From the NCBI GenBank assembly GCA_033442325.1, contig JAWQFM010000014.1, forward strand, positions 495,265 through 559,264: a stretch of DNA of 64,000 nucleotides. Reading direction: 5' to 3'. Within the stretch, counting starts at the first letter, position 1. Each line of letters begins with the position of its first letter. The position numbers and the translations under genes were made by a program. This document shows, in pieces, positions 14,967-38,815 of this stretch. This DNA comes from Salpingoeca rosetta (lineage: Eukaryota; Protista; Choanoflagellata). The notes under the pieces were generated by a model that was given only the letters and a program-made list of their open reading frames with translations, had not been told where the DNA came from and did not search any database.

Positions 14967-15116
14967 ACACACATCACGCACATCACATCACATGTACACA
15001 CCGTCAATGTCTCGGAGGATGTTGCGGAAGTCTTGGCGCACTTTCCTTTGCTCGGCATTCTTTTGCGCCTGTTTCCGCCGGGCCTCCATGCTCGGCACCA
15101 GCGACGCCTCAGACAT
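11863..15116 (-). CDS. NSE4: Nse4/EID-family kleisin of the SMC5/6 complex (multi-exon)
   Basis: Exons encode YFEFLVNPRDFGQTVENIFHFSFL|VKDG and QHVMSMSHQEWKAIIE|AFNIKKPMLPHR, typical of Nse4_C. N-terminal RKVRQDFRNIL helix and TREGLLET. Last exon (RKPSS*) inferred from an AG acceptor at ~11879. Confidence 0.85.
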
Positions 15117-16048
15117 GACGCTATGCTTCGTCAACTACGCTGCTTCCTCTCGTCCTCTGCACTTGTGTCTCACAACAACAACAGGCACAACAACGTCTGC
15201 TCCTTGTGCTTGGCGCGCTCGTTCCGTTTTGCTCGTTGTTTTTTTTTTTGCCACGAGTGGTTTATGAGGTTTTACCCACTGCGCAAAACCTTGAAGCTCG
15301 TTTTTGTGGGGTCTCCGACGTCATTTTGATTGACGAGCATTTGCTGGCATCTTCAAAGAATGCTCTGCGCCCTTTCGCTTCACAAAAAATGACGTCAGCG
15401 TGCCCAACCTTTGATCGCATGCACTTTTAACTTCAAATTTTTCTTCTTTTTTTTTTTCCCTTCCTCCACCCAACCAGAAGAAACCAAAAGCAACAAAGCA
15501 GAGACAGAGCGCCACCTGTTTCCTGCAACAGGTCTGCTGGTATTCTCTCTCCTGTTCTTGCTTCATGGCCCTTGTTTGCTTGACAGTGCTGCGACCAGAC
15601 GGCCACGCAATCGAATGCGCCTGCCACCCGCCAGCATTCAATCTTACACCCATTTGCACACCCCTCGCGTTGTCGCCTCGCTCATCTCAGCGCTATCATC
15701 ACATCACATCATCAGCCTCGTCCGTGGCTGCGCTGGCGTTGCTCCTGCTTCGTTTGCGTGTGTGTATGTGTGTGTTCCCTCAGCCACGCACACTTGGATG
15801 CATTCTCCCATGAGCCAAACAACAACAGCTGGGCCTGAAACCGATCTCTGATTAGCCTCCCACACCTTTTGTTTGACATTGTTTTGGTTGTTTTCAGCCT
15901 TACTTGCCTTCCTTGCCTTCCTTGCCTTCCTTGCTTCCATCCGTTCCCTTCCCTTCCTCCCTGAACAACCAAGTTAGCAAGCCAGCGAGCCTTGCACCCA
16001 GCAACACCCCCCCCCCCGAACTGCTCACATTCAGTGCATGCAGAGTGC

Positions 16049-17492
16049 ATGCATAATCGTGGGCCCCACCGCGTTCCCTCCACCTCGCAACTACAACATA
16101 CACAGCTGTTTGGCATGCCGACTTCCCCATCAGCTACAGCAACTACAAAGGTGGAGAGCCTGCTGTCGCCGTCGACCATCAACGGCGCTGCGTTTGCACT
16201 GAACGGCAGCTCCTTCAACACCGCTCACAACACTACCAGCAGCAAAAGCAACAGCAAGAGCAACGGCAACACCAACAGCAAGAGCAACGGCAGCAGTGGC
16301 ACCAACGCCACCGAAGACGACAGCAGCGATGGCAAGCACGTTTGCCACGCCTGCGGCAAGGACTACTCGCGGCGATCGGACCTCGTCGTGCACCTGCGCA
16401 CCCACACGGGGGAAAAGCCGTTTGTGTGTGACAAGTGCAACAAGTCCTTCACCAAGAAGAGCCACCTCACGCGCCATCGCAAGATCCACACCGGCGAGAA
16501 GCCCTTCTCCTGCGGCTTCTGCGGCAAGAAGCACGCGCGCATGAGCGACCTCAAGGTGCACCTGCGCACCCACACGGGCGAGCGGCCATACTCGTGCTCC
16601 ATCTGCGGCAAGTCGTTTATCACGTCCAGTCACGTGCGCATGCACGAGCGCACGCACGACGACGCGCGACACTTCTCCTGCCCGCTCTGCTCCAAACCGT
16701 TCAAGACAAAGCCGGGCCTGAAGCAGCACCTCAAGACGGGGCACAACGCAGACCCCGAGCGCGTGAAGCAGCTGTGCGTCGGCATCCCCTACGCTCGAGC
16801 TGTCGCACCCACCCCTGCAAAGCAGAACCGCGCCAGCACCGGCTCATCCACTGCATCCAGCACACAAGGTCGCCAGGCAGACGCCACCACCGCTGCGGCT
16901 GCCAGCGACCAGAAGCGTTCGAGGAGAGGCCGCAGCACAAAGGCCGCATCACATGCGTCCGCATCGTTGTCGTCGACAGCAGCAGCCGGCACAACGGCGA
17001 TACCAACGTGTTTGGCATCTGCGCCCCCCTTGTCGAGCAGTGGCCTGCCCCCGCTGTTCACCTCCGCGTCTGCGTTTCCATCAACGCCCATGTCGCCCTC
17101 CGATGTGTTGCTGCAGTCGTTGACCAGCGGCGCCACCGCAGCCACGACCACCGCACAACAGCAGCAGCAACCACGGCAGCAACAGCGACAGGGAAGGTTT
17201 GAGTTTCCGTCAAACACCATGGCACCCTCTCTCTCTGCCGCAAGCCTTCAGCAACAACAACAACAACAACAATCGCAACCACCGCAACAGCAGCAGCCGG
17301 CGGGGCTAGTCATGGCGGATGGGGACACAAAGATTTCGCTGTCGACCCTGCAACAGCTGTCGCCGCAACTCATTGCACAGCTGCTGCAGCTTGGCATCAT
17401 CTTACCCACGGGCCAGGATGCTTTTGCTCTCGCGCCACACATGGCGGCAAACGCAAACGCAAACGCCATTAGACAACCACAACAACAACAGC

Positions 17493-17573
<81 letters not shown>

Positions 17574-18232
17574 CGCAGCTTGCAGAGCCGTGGCTGTTGT
17601 CGTTTGAGTCGTCAGAATTGAACCAGCCGCTCATTAATCCATTTGATGGTGAGAGCCCCTTCTCCCTCTCCCCTCTCGACTCGCCAACCCCATCCTCCAG
17701 TGCCGCCAACAACAACACCAACGCCCTGCCGCCGCTCGTGTTCCAGTCGGCCAACACCCCCCACACTAACACCAACACCGCCAATACCCCCAACCCCGAT
17801 ATCAACACCAACACCAACACCAACACCAACACCAGCATCAATGCCGCCACCAATTTCACCACAAACAACAACAGCAATATGTACAACACCAACACCAGCT
17901 CTGCAGCTCAGGCAAGCGCATACAGCACCGCCAGCGTCACTGATGGTGGGGGTGTGGCCGACACCATCCCCATGATCCCCAGCTTCACTTCCAGCCGCAA
18001 CATCAACACGCTTGGCATGTCGTCTGTCTTTGCGCCCGCGCTGTCCCCCGTCACCATGCCTGAGGAAGCGGCGTTGGCGCCAGTGGCGGGCGGAAACACG
18101 GAGAGCGACGAGCTGGCTGCGCTTCTTGACTCGGACTTTGCCGCTGATTTTCCGCTCTTTGACGACTTTCCCCTCTCCCCCTCGCCCACACAGGACACCA
18201 CTGGCGCAGCCGCCAACCAGAGCACAGCGTGA
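16049..18232 (+). CDS. C2H2 zinc-finger transcription factor (5 fingers) with poly-Q and acidic C-terminal region; single exon
   Basis: Five CxxC...HxxxH fingers with TGEKP/TGERP linkers (~16340-16745); (CAA)n poly-Gln at ~17480-17572; C-terminal ELAALLDSDFAADFPLFDDF. Start may instead be the ATG at 16115. Confidence 0.92.
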
Positions 18233-18296
18233 CCTGTCAACTTGCTGCCGTGTCGTGCCATACACACGCCCATGTGCATTTGTGTGTATGTGTGTG

Positions 18297-18351
<55 letters not shown>

Positions 18352-18803
18352 CGTGTGTGTGTGTGTGTGTGTTGTGTGTGCTTTTGCACACGCAATTGCA
18401 TGCATGCATGCATCTTTTGAAAGCGTGCTTTCTGTTATTGCCCCCACCCTTCGTGTTTCGTTTAGGTTTTGGCGACAACATGTGCCTGCAAGCAATACTC
18501 GTCTCATCCTGTGACAGAACCCACACGCCTGCCTGCCTGCATCCCTCGTCACTATTGAACTCCAACAGCACATGTGTTATTCCACAATACACGATACGAC
18601 TATGCATCTTTCTTGGCTCGTGCATATTATTGTCTATCTTCCGTGTGCCAATTAAGCAAGCAAACAAGACCCTGCTGGGGATGTAACGTAGCCGCCGCCG
18701 TACATACATGCATGCATGCATGTATGCGTGCGTGCCTCAAGCTTTCCTTCTCATCTTGCGTGCAACCCTTGCACGAGTCAGCTCGTGCGCAAGTAAGGTC
18801 GCA

Positions 18804-21168
<2,365 letters not shown>

Positions 21169-21320
21169 CCTTTTGTCCGCTTTTTGCTGATGTCAAGATT
21201 GAATGAATGCAAACATGCGTGCACGCACACAAACACACAAGCGTTTGTCCACATGCACACACACATACACATACACACACACACGCGCATCCACACACAG
21301 GGTAACAAGCAAAGCAGCAG

Positions 21321-23605
21321 CTATGTGAAGACCACTTGTACGCCAGCAAAAGCATTGGGGTCAAGCGCTGTGCACAAGCGAGCAACATCCACGCCTGCGT
21401 GTGTATGGAGATACAGCTTGCGGGGACGGACGAGCGAGTTGAGCAGGTATCGCCGTGCATTGTCCATGCCATCCCCACCACTCAACCGCACGTCAACAAA
21501 CACATCGCCGCCGTACGCCGCAAGCGCATGCAGCATTGCCACCACATAGCAATCAGTGTGCAGGCCTAGTGGCTGCACATCTGCATGCGCTGATGACGAC
21601 GATGGTCGTGCAGCGTGACGCGTGTCGTCAGACCACACCATATGCGGTGCATGAGAACCATGACGCAACGCCCCTCTCCCATCTGCCTCATCAGCGTCAC
21701 CACGCCCACCACGCCCATCAAGCCTGCCATCATCACCGTTGAGCCCATCCACTTGCGGGCTGCACACGCCCTGGTCAGCACTACTCTCCACTTCGCTGGT
21801 CGCATGTGCTGCTCCTACGGGAACACGCACGCGCATGCGAGCCCGCCGCGATGATGCTGGCCGTGCCAGTGACGACGCAGCGGCGGCAAGCACTGCTCGT
21901 GCAAGGGTGACGCTGTCCGCACCTGCCTCACGCGTGGAGGGCGATGATGCTCGTTGGCCGGACGCGCCAAACTGGGCCAGCACGTCTGATAAGGATAGCA
22001 CCGTGCGCATTGCAGCTGCTCTCTTGCCGTCGTTAGTACTGCCGTCATCGCTTCCGCTGCTGTTGTCGCTGTTGTCGCTACTGTCGTTGTCGTTGTCACT
22101 GGGTACATCTGTGGTGGACACGTGGTGGCATGTGCTGAGCCACGAGGCCGCAGCCCGCATGGGCCTGGTCCATGATGTGAGCGCAAACGTCAGCGTTTCT
22201 TCAGGTGAATCTTCAACCACAAACTCAATCACGTCGCCCAGGCACACGCGGTGCATGCGTGTGCAGTCGTTGTCATCGTCACCAAGCAGGTACATCCGCA
22301 CACCCACGCGCCCGGGGCGGCGCACACGCGCACCGTCAACCCCTACGCCGTGCTGCACACCACCACCCACAACCCTTCTCCCATCACCACGCCAATCTGC
22401 TTCATCACCATCGCCATCAACACAGCCGAAACCCTCCTCGTCTCCTTCTTCCGGCTGCTGTTGATGATGATGCTGATGATTGGGATGTCGGTGTTGCTCC
22501 CGTACTCCTTCTGCAACATCGCCACCATCATCTCCATCACCACTGTCATCACCACCATGGCCTACCTCCTCCCCTTCTTCCTCATTGCCGTCACGGCTGT
22601 TGTTGTGGTCGATATTGTCACCACCAGCAGTAGCGCCGGGCAGTCGAAACTGTCTGGAGAGCGTCGTGCCAAGCAGCTGATGTGCGGTGAAGAATGGCAT
22701 GAACGCGAGGCGCCCAAGCGCAGCCACAACTGCTCGGTGCTGTGTGCGCACCACAACGCGCATCGGCAAGCAAGCACGCTTTGCTGTGGTGTCCTGGGTG
22801 GTGGTGGTTGGGGTGGCGGCTGGTTCCTGCAGCTGGACATTACCACCATTACCACCATCATCATCATCATCATCATCATCATCTTCACCATCATCACCGT
22901 CACCAGCATCAGCATCAGCATGGGATGATAGGTGTGGCCGCTTGCTGGACGCTGTTGCTGCTTGTGCCCTGCGTTTGGCCTGTGCTGCCTCTGCGTCCCT
23001 CTCCCTTTCGCGTGCAGCGGCATGCAAGGCTGGTTGCTTCGGTGCCGTCGCCAGAAGGCGTGGCTGGCGCGTGGGGGACTGACGGCTCCACACGGCGAAG
23101 CGTGGCGTGACAATCCAGCCGTACACTGCAAAGCGCGGTCGCTGCGTGCTGCCGCCGCCCAGAACAGGTGTCACCTCGTGCAGGCGGGGGACAGCAAAGT
23201 GGACCAACATGTTGTGTTGTGGCACAATCTGCTGCCCAGTCTCGTGGTCCACAAACAGGCCACCATCCTGCCGGCTGTATGTGGCATGCACGAGGTAGAG
23301 GACAACCGCCCTACGCCTTCGAAACGAGCGGCAGAGCGCATCCTCGTCGCGATGCGAGGCCAAGTAGCAGCCGCGCGTGTACTTGGACACATTCAACAGC
23401 AGTCGTTCATGGTCCTTGTTCACGCGCAGTCGCTGCTCCAGGTGGCTCCGAATCCTCTTCATCAACCCGCACAGCACCAATCTCTGTTCCTCGCACTCAT
23501 CGCGTTGCGAGTCACCATCATCACTGTCGTTGTTGCGGTCGTCGTCGCTGTTGTTGCCGTCGTCGCTGTTGTTGTTGTTGCTGTTTTCGTCGTCGTCGTC
23601 GTCGT

Positions 23606-23694
<89 letters not shown>

Positions 23695-24080
23695 GCTCTA
23701 TCGCTGCTATTACTGTCCTCACTGCCTTGCCCTTGCCATTGCCCTTGTCTCCGGCTTCCTTCAACAACCTCTCCATGATAACCACTATCGCTGCCACGGT
23801 GACCACGATGACCATGTGCTGCGATCACGATTGGCGGCGTCTGCAGATCCGACCGCAGCCGATAGAACCGCATGGGCTGCTCGGTTTTTCTTGTTTCCTC
23901 AAGTTGCCATGCCGCATCCGACAGGGCATCCAGCGTGTTGAACATTTCGCTGGCGAGCGCAGCTGGAAGCACGCCGGCCTCCGTCACCGTCAACCCAGCG
24001 GCGCCATGCCGCCGCGCTTCCTCCTCCTGCACCCGCGTCGCCCCAGCCGCCACAACCGCGTCCGATGCCAGTCGTTCCAT
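21321..24080 (-). CDS. 2OG-Fe(II) dioxygenase (prolyl-hydroxylase-like) with poly-Asp tracts and long unknown C-terminal region
   Basis: Single ORF with SKYTRGCYLASHRD (HxD), RRAVVLYL, DGGLF, P.HNMLVHF, LHEVTPV (distal His) and RFAVYGW (2OG-binding Arg). Confidence 0.8.
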
Positions 24081-24290
24081 GAGCAGGTAGCAACAGCATA
24101 AATTGTGATGTAGATGTGCCTGCAAGCTTTTGCGTTTTGCTCTTCCTTGCTTGTTTTCCTCTCAAGCAAGCAAGCAAGCGAGGCGCATTGTCCACGCCCA
24201 CCAAACCCAGCACCTCATGCAAAACAACAAGCAGACGAGCAGGAAGACAAGCACAGCGGTGTATTTGAAGGAAGCGAGGACCTCAGGACA

Positions 24291-24869
24291 ATGGCTGCTG
24301 GTAGTGCTTGTAGTAGTGGTGGTGGTGGTGGTGCCTCTTCGACGCGATGGTGGCATGTGTTGGCAGGGATCATGGCAGCCGTTGCCTTGCTCGCTGCAAG
24401 ATTCAGCACACAGGCTGCTGCACAGTCTTTTCCAGATGGCGATACGTACACGCTGGAGTTGACTGTGTTGAATACTCTGACTTGTGCCACACAGCCGATA
24501 TCCTTGGGTGCGCTGGCCAACAGCGTCAACCCAACGCTTATTGTGACAGGGCGATCGTCGGTCGCTTCTTGCACGGTGATTGTTGAGTTGCCAACGATGG
24601 TGGACAGCTTCACCATTGACGTTGCTGGAGACGCTTCGGGGTCAGCCGTGACGATCCGTGTCAACACCTTGGAGACTGTCAATACATTGCACATCATCGA
24701 TGAAGCAGGCATCATCAATGTGGACATGCCTTCGCTCGGCACTCTGGATTTGTTGGTGGTCTCCAGTTCCAACGGAGCAGAACTTTCAGTGGCCATCGGT
24801 GAATCAGCATCGTACGTGTCACGCGGCGTGTGTGTGTGTGTGTGTGTGAGGTGTGTGTGTGTGTGTGTG

Positions 24870-24947
<78 letters not shown>

Positions 24948-26172
24948 GTTGATTGGCGTTCCTTGCCACAATCGTTTCACTACTTCTCCTCACTCAGTCA
25001 CACCCCACTCACTCCTCGTGCGCCTCACCACAACCACACACCATGACAATAGGAGCGATGTCCCAGATCTGTTTGGCATCTCGCGCCTTGGAAGCTTGAA
25101 TGTGGGCGATGGCACTGGTATCCTCGAGTTGCAGCTTCATGGAGCATGCGCCACTGTGGATGCGCTCAAAGCAGTAACGTCAAGCACCACAACCGTCCCC
25201 AAGTGGACCGTCACCTTTGATACCTTTGTACGGGCAATGCACGAGCAGCTCCCCTTTGCTCGTTTGGGGGCTGTTGTTGTTCTGTTTTTGTTGGCTTTGT
25301 CTATTTGTTGATGTCGTGCGAGAATGACGACAGACTAACCAGAGCACTTGGCTGAGGCGTGCTTGGAGTGTTCAGCGGTGTCTGTTTTGCTGCCACGTTT
25401 ACACTTCGTTCTCACTGCATAATCCTCGCACATGCACAATTTAGGTTGGCATTGCTGATGTGGCGACCTGGCCAGAATTGTTGGTGGCTTGGAACGGGCA
25501 ATTCACACCCGTGTCGGATGTTGTGGCAGGGGTACCTGAGGTGCCCCAGATTTGCAGCGCGAATGGGTTTGACCCGCTGGTGTCACAGCCGCCAACCTAC
25601 TCCCCAAACACGACCACAGCGACCGCAACAAACACGACAAACGCAGTGAACACAACGACCACAACGACAGTGACGGGCAACGATCGCATTCCAAAGCCAA
25701 CTACGCTGCCTCCGCCTCACTTCACGACGACCACAACGACTACAACCACAACACCGACCACGATCATAAACACAACCACAACACCGGCAACCACAACAAC
25801 CACAACCACAACAACCACAACAACCACAACAACCACAACAACCACAACAACCACCACAACGTCACCTCAGCAATTCACCACAACTACAACCACGACTACG
25901 CAGCCACCAACGACAACGACAACCACGACTACGCTTCCACCAACAACCACGACCACAACAACAACCCTTCCCGTCACAGTTACACAGACGACGTCCTCGT
26001 CGCCTTCGTCCAGCTTGAGCGTCAATCCAGCACTTGGCTCGACGTCGGGCACGGGCGTGGGCATGAACGCCGCTTCCTCTTCGTCCTCAACGACGACTGC
26101 TGGGCCCGGTGGGCCCGGGTCTTCTCCCTCAAACTCAGATGCCTCCAAATGGGCTGTTCCTGCCGGCGCCGC

Positions 26173-26244
<72 letters not shown>

Positions 26245-26824
26245 TTTATTAAGTGTGAGTCAAAGATGGTGCATTGTTATAGGCCTAACAGCACAGAGCT
26301 AGAGGCACGAAACAGATACAGACATAAATAAAAATTCACTCTACTAAATCGCATATCATCATACTCATATACTCATGAGTTCACTCGCACCTATACCCGA
26401 CGACTAACAGATGTGTAGACGAGAGACTGTATACGTGCTCAGCAAGTAGAAATAAAAATAAAAAAAAGACGNNNNNNNNNNNNNNNNNNNNNNNNNNNNN
26501 NNNNNNNNNNNNNNNNNNNNNNNNNNNNNNNNNNNNNNNNNNNNNNNNNNNNNNNNNNNNNNNNNNNNNNNTGCGTGAGGCCTACAGACACGCACAGAGA
26601 GACAGATAGACAGAGAGAGAGAGACAGACAGAGAGAGAGAGACAGAGACAGACAGAGACAGAGAGACAGAGACAGAGACAGAGAGAGACAGAGAGAGAGA
26701 GACAGACAGACAGACACACACACACACACAGCCACACAGGACTGACAATCCTTGGCTCTCCCCCTCACAGATAGAGAGTGAAACAGAGCCACGCACTCAC
26801 ATACCTTGCCCTGCACGTACTCTG

Positions 26825-26908
<84 letters not shown>

Positions 26909-27077
26909 CGCTCCCGTGCAGCAAACCATGCCGCCCAACAACGGCACGGCCATGCCTGTGCTGTCGACTGTCTCTGGCTGCATGCATGCCCAAAACCGCG
27001 GGTTTGATCCGTTGTGGCTGGAGGACAACCCATTGTACGAATCCACAGACAGGCGCGCATCCGCCTCGGAGCTGTAG
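24291..27077 (+). CDS. Mucin-stalk type I membrane protein A (TM exon mostly lost in N-gap)
   Basis: Signal peptide, beta-rich ectodomain exons, Thr-rich stalk at ~25610-25990, WAVPAGAA| start of TM, last exon QTMPP...[18 protein letters not shown]. Exon structure mirrors paralogue B. Confidence 0.75.
26472..26571. other. Assembly gap (100 N)
   Basis: N run. Confidence 1.
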
Positions 27078-27834
27078 AAGGATTGCTGGATTGTGTCGAG
27101 GAGTTTTGGGGGCCGGGGGCGGTAGCTGAGTGCGTGGGTGGGTTTGTGGATGCATGAGTGTGAGTGAGAGTGTGAGATTGCGCGCGCGTGCTCGCGTGGG
27201 TGTATGATAGTGAGAGCGCTAGAGCGAGTGACGGTTTAATGTGTGCGTGCGTGTGTTTCTTGACGTTGTATCCTTCTTTGCCTGCCTTGCATTGCCTTTT
27301 CACAACGTTTCAACATTCTGTATGATGACCTACCCCTTCTTTCCTTCAGTGAGTGTAAAAGCCATGCATGATTGAATGATGATTTGCTTTGTATGGACGG
27401 CAGGGACTTTGCCTTCCCGCCCAAGTGATGTTTAGTTTGTTTGCCTGCGGAGCCGGCCACGATGACATCATCATCATCCGCATGACGTCGCGCCTGGCGA
27501 CATCACAATGTGGCCCCATGCCGCGCGACATTGGGACGTGGTTCCTCCAATTTTATGTTACATGATGAGTTTCGTTTGGTGCCTCGTTTTTCCCACACAG
27601 CTGCTGCCACCTCCTAGTCGGCAGAGCAGAGCGTCTCTTCCTTTCTTGTTCCTCTCGAGCAACGACGACAAGTTATTGTACATTATCCCTCCTGAGGTCC
27701 GAGGCTGGGAGCAAGAAGCCATCACCATCTCACTGCAGTGAATGCTGCTTTGCGGAGTTGCCCTGGCTGTCCTGCTGTCAGCCCCAAGCCACCCGGCCAC
27801 AGAACACACACAGCAGAACGGACACACACACACA

Positions 27835-30940
<3,106 letters not shown>

Positions 30941-31595
30941 GATCACCGGTGACAGAGGTCTAGAGAGTTACAGGGTTACGGCCGTCAGCCAAGCTTCTGC
31001 AAGTCGGAATCGATGGTCACAAACATCCCTTCCCTTGCTTGCACTCCAGCCATGAGATTTTGGAGGCAAGTTGTTCAAGTGGTCAGTTCCGAGGGCGAGG
31101 GCGGCCCACGCGGCTTGTAGCTCAACACCCTCCTGCAACGCATGCGTATTTCAGTCTTTAGCACCTGTTCTTCGCTTCTGCGTTCGGTTTTACTTTGTTT
31201 CTTAGCTCGTCACCACTGCCTGCGGCAGTGGCAGGTGCGACGTGTGATGGCGCCCTCAAGGTGGTGTCATGAGCCAGAGAACACGCTGTCATTTCTATCA
31301 TTTGTTGCTGCCCGTTGTTGTGGCCGTTGTGCGTGCTCTTTTTGCCTTGTTAGCCTTGTTAGCTTGCTCACCTGATGGCACTTTGTGTCACAGTCATGCT
31401 CATGTGTTGTGATTCCGGACCACAAAGGCAGTTGGTACTCCATTCGTGTAATTGATATATACAGTCAGGTTCACCGACACAGGCGTTGCTTTGTTACAAA
31501 TGAGCTTCAACGAAGGGAGGGAAACAAAGATGAGGGCAGCCACAGGGTGTGTAATGTAACACTACGAGGCACGGTGACGTAGGTGTTGGTCGACT

Positions 31596-34356
<2,761 letters not shown>

Positions 34357-34509
34357 TCACATGACAGTCCTTCTTGACGCGGTTCATTATTGACTCAGAC
34401 ATAACATGGCCATGGTGTGTACGTGTTATGTAACTGCGCACCACATCTTGGGTGAGGCGAACAGCGCCTGAGGGCTTTCCTCGCCATCTGGTGCTCTGAA
34501 ATGAAGCCT

Positions 34510-34719
34510 CTACTTCTGGCGCGTGTTGTTGCAGCGGCGCTCCTTATCGGAGATGGGGCCGAAAGCATTGTCGAGGTACGTGAAGAACTTTTGAAAGTAG
34601 TGGCGGCCATCAAGATGGTGTGCGTCGTGCCGCACGGGGCCTCCCATCAGCCCGCACGGTACAACATTGTGCAGCATCCACGGCATGTCGTACCTGTGTG
34701 CAAGTGTGTGTGTGTGTGT

Positions 34720-34793
<74 letters not shown>

Positions 34794-36848
34794 CGTAGTG
34801 TGTGTGTGTGTGTGTGNNNNNNNNNNNNNNNNNNNNNNNNNNNNNNNNNNNNNNNNNNNNNNNNNNNNNNNNNNNNNNNNNNNNNNNNNNNNNNNNNNNN
34901 NNNNNNNNNNNNNNNNNNNNNNNNNNNNNNNNNNNNNNNNNNNNNNNNNNNNNNNNNNNNNNNNNNNNNNNNNNNNNNNNNNNNNNNNNNNNNNNNNNNN
35001 NNNNNNNNNNNNNNNNNNNNNNNNNNNNNNNNNNNNNNNNNNNNNNNNNNNNNNNNNNNNNNNNNNNNNNNNNNNNNNNNNNNNNNNNNNNNNNNNNNNN
35101 NNNNNNNNNNNNNNNNNNNNNNNNNNNNNNNNNNNNNNNNNNNNNNNNNNNNNNNNNNNNNNNNNNNNNNNNNNNNNNNNNNNNNNNNNNNNNNNNNNNN
35201 NNNNNNNNNNNNNNNNNNNNNNNNNNNNNNNNNNNNNNNNNNNNNNNNNNNNNNNNNNNNNNNNNNNNNNNNNNNNNNNNNNNNNNNNNNNNNNNNNNNN
35301 NNNNNNNNNNNNNNNNNNNNNNNNNNNNNNNNNNNNNNNNNNNNNNNNNNNNNNNNNNNNNNNNNNNNNNNNNNNNNNNNNNNNNNNNNNNNNNNNNNNN
35401 NNNNNNNNNNNNNNNNNNNNNNNNNNNNNNNNNNNNNNNNNNNNNNNNNNNNNNNNNNNNNNNNNNNNNNNNNNNNNNNNNNNNNNNNNNNNNNNNNNNN
35501 NNNNNNNNNNNNNNNNNNNNNNNNNNNNNNNNNNNNNNTTCACCTTGACAACACAACACTGCGCGCAATTCACCCTCGTCACGGGGTGTGGATGTAGTCC
35601 CACCTGGCTTTGCGTGGTGCAGGGCGTGGAAGCGGCGATAGAGGGGCTTGTGCATGTGCATGGTGCGGTGGCAGAAGAAGAACAACGCGTCGTACACAAT
35701 GAGGAGGCCCACAACCTCGCCCACCAAGCGGGGCGCTGTTGGCGCCTGCAATGGGAGTCGTCGTCGTGGATACAGCTGGTCAAACACCAGCAGCGGCAGC
35801 AGGTACCCAAGCAGGATGGGCCAGCCTGAAAACGAGCCCTTGCCGGTGTTCTGCCAGCAACAATGGTGAAGAGGTAACGTGTAACGGACAGCGACCGTTA
35901 ATGGGGAGGGCGTGTAACGTGACAATCGACCACAAGAGCAAGCATACGTATTAAAACCACGTACAAGAAGAACAAACGCAAACACAGACAGACATACACA
36001 GACACACAGACCGACACGCCGACGCACCGTCCAGTTGCTCATGTCGTTGCGGTGTTGCTGGATGCGAAATGCCTTTGCCGAAGGGGTATGCATGTCTAGA
36101 ATGTAGAAGAGCGCTAGCCATGGAAAGAAAGACACCGTCGCAAGGACTGGTTCAAACGAGTCGTGCTGGAACCACCACGCCGTGCGCAGCCCTGCACAAT
36201 ACAGAAAAGGTTACAGCTTATTAGCAACACGTGTTCAAGTACAACCTGAAGAAGCGTGCGTGTTTGCCTGACACAGACAAAGACATAGACGCACGCACGC
36301 GGAATGCGCACGCACACACATTGACACACACAGACACAGAGACACACGGACAGACACAGGCAGACACACGCACGCACGCACACTCACACACACACACACA
36401 CACANNNNNNNNNNNNNNNNNNNNNNNNNNNNNNNNNNNNNNNNNNNNNNNNNNNNNNNNNNNNNNNNNNNNNNNNNNNNNNNNNNNNNNNNNNNNNNNN
36501 NNNNCTCTAGCGGATATCACTCGGCACTGGCATCATCTTCACGTTTCTGCGACACACACACACACACACACACACGCACGCACGCACGCAAAACACGCAC
36601 GCAAAACACACGGACGTACATGACCAGGCGTTGGCAACAGCGAAAGTACACTGTTGCTCGAAAAGCACAAAGATCGCTCCAATCACGAGAAGTGCCACCG
36701 CACGGCAAGTGGTGGTGCTTGGCTGTCGTCTCACCAAGGGCTCAACCACCTTCACCCCCAGCAGGCGCGCAACCCTATCAACGACACCTTTCCCCACATC
36801 TCCCCCAGCTCCAGCTTCCTCTCGCATCTTCTCCTGGCTCATCCTCAT
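34510..36848 (-). CDS. Fatty acid hydroxylase/sterol desaturase family, cholesterol 25-hydroxylase-like (part lost in N-gap)
   Basis: Three His boxes HRTMH, HALHH and HDAHH. C-terminal YDMPWMLHNVVPCGLMGGPVRHDAHH resembles CH25H (recalled). Hydrophobic segments present; middle exon(s) presumably in gap 34817-35538. Confidence 0.8.
34817..35538. other. Assembly gap
   Basis: N run next to (TG)n. Confidence 1.
36405..36504. other. Assembly gap (100 N)
   Basis: N run next to (CA)n. Confidence 1.
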
Positions 36849-37051
36849 CGCTCCGGTGCTTGCGTATGTCTGGGATGTGATGCCACGGTGACGCCAACTG
36901 CTGCCACTGATCTCCACCAGCAGCACACCCAAACAACAACAACTGTCCTCCCATTTTTTGTGCTGTTGTGCGCTGTTGTTTGTTTTGCCTTTTGCCACCC
37001 ACCCACGACAACCACAACCACGACAACCCACCCACGTACAAAACCACCACG

Positions 37052-38815
<1,764 letters not shown>

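Noticed and set aside
26243-26471. AT-rich foreign-looking segment in a mucin A intron
   Set aside because: Lies between (GT)n and an N-gap, typical of a degraded read end.
31105-31140. tagctca, tRNA A-box-like
   Set aside because: No cloverleaf or T-loop (GTTCRA) at the right spacing.
34501-35829. Long ORFs spanning X runs
   Set aside because: Artefacts of translating N-gaps.
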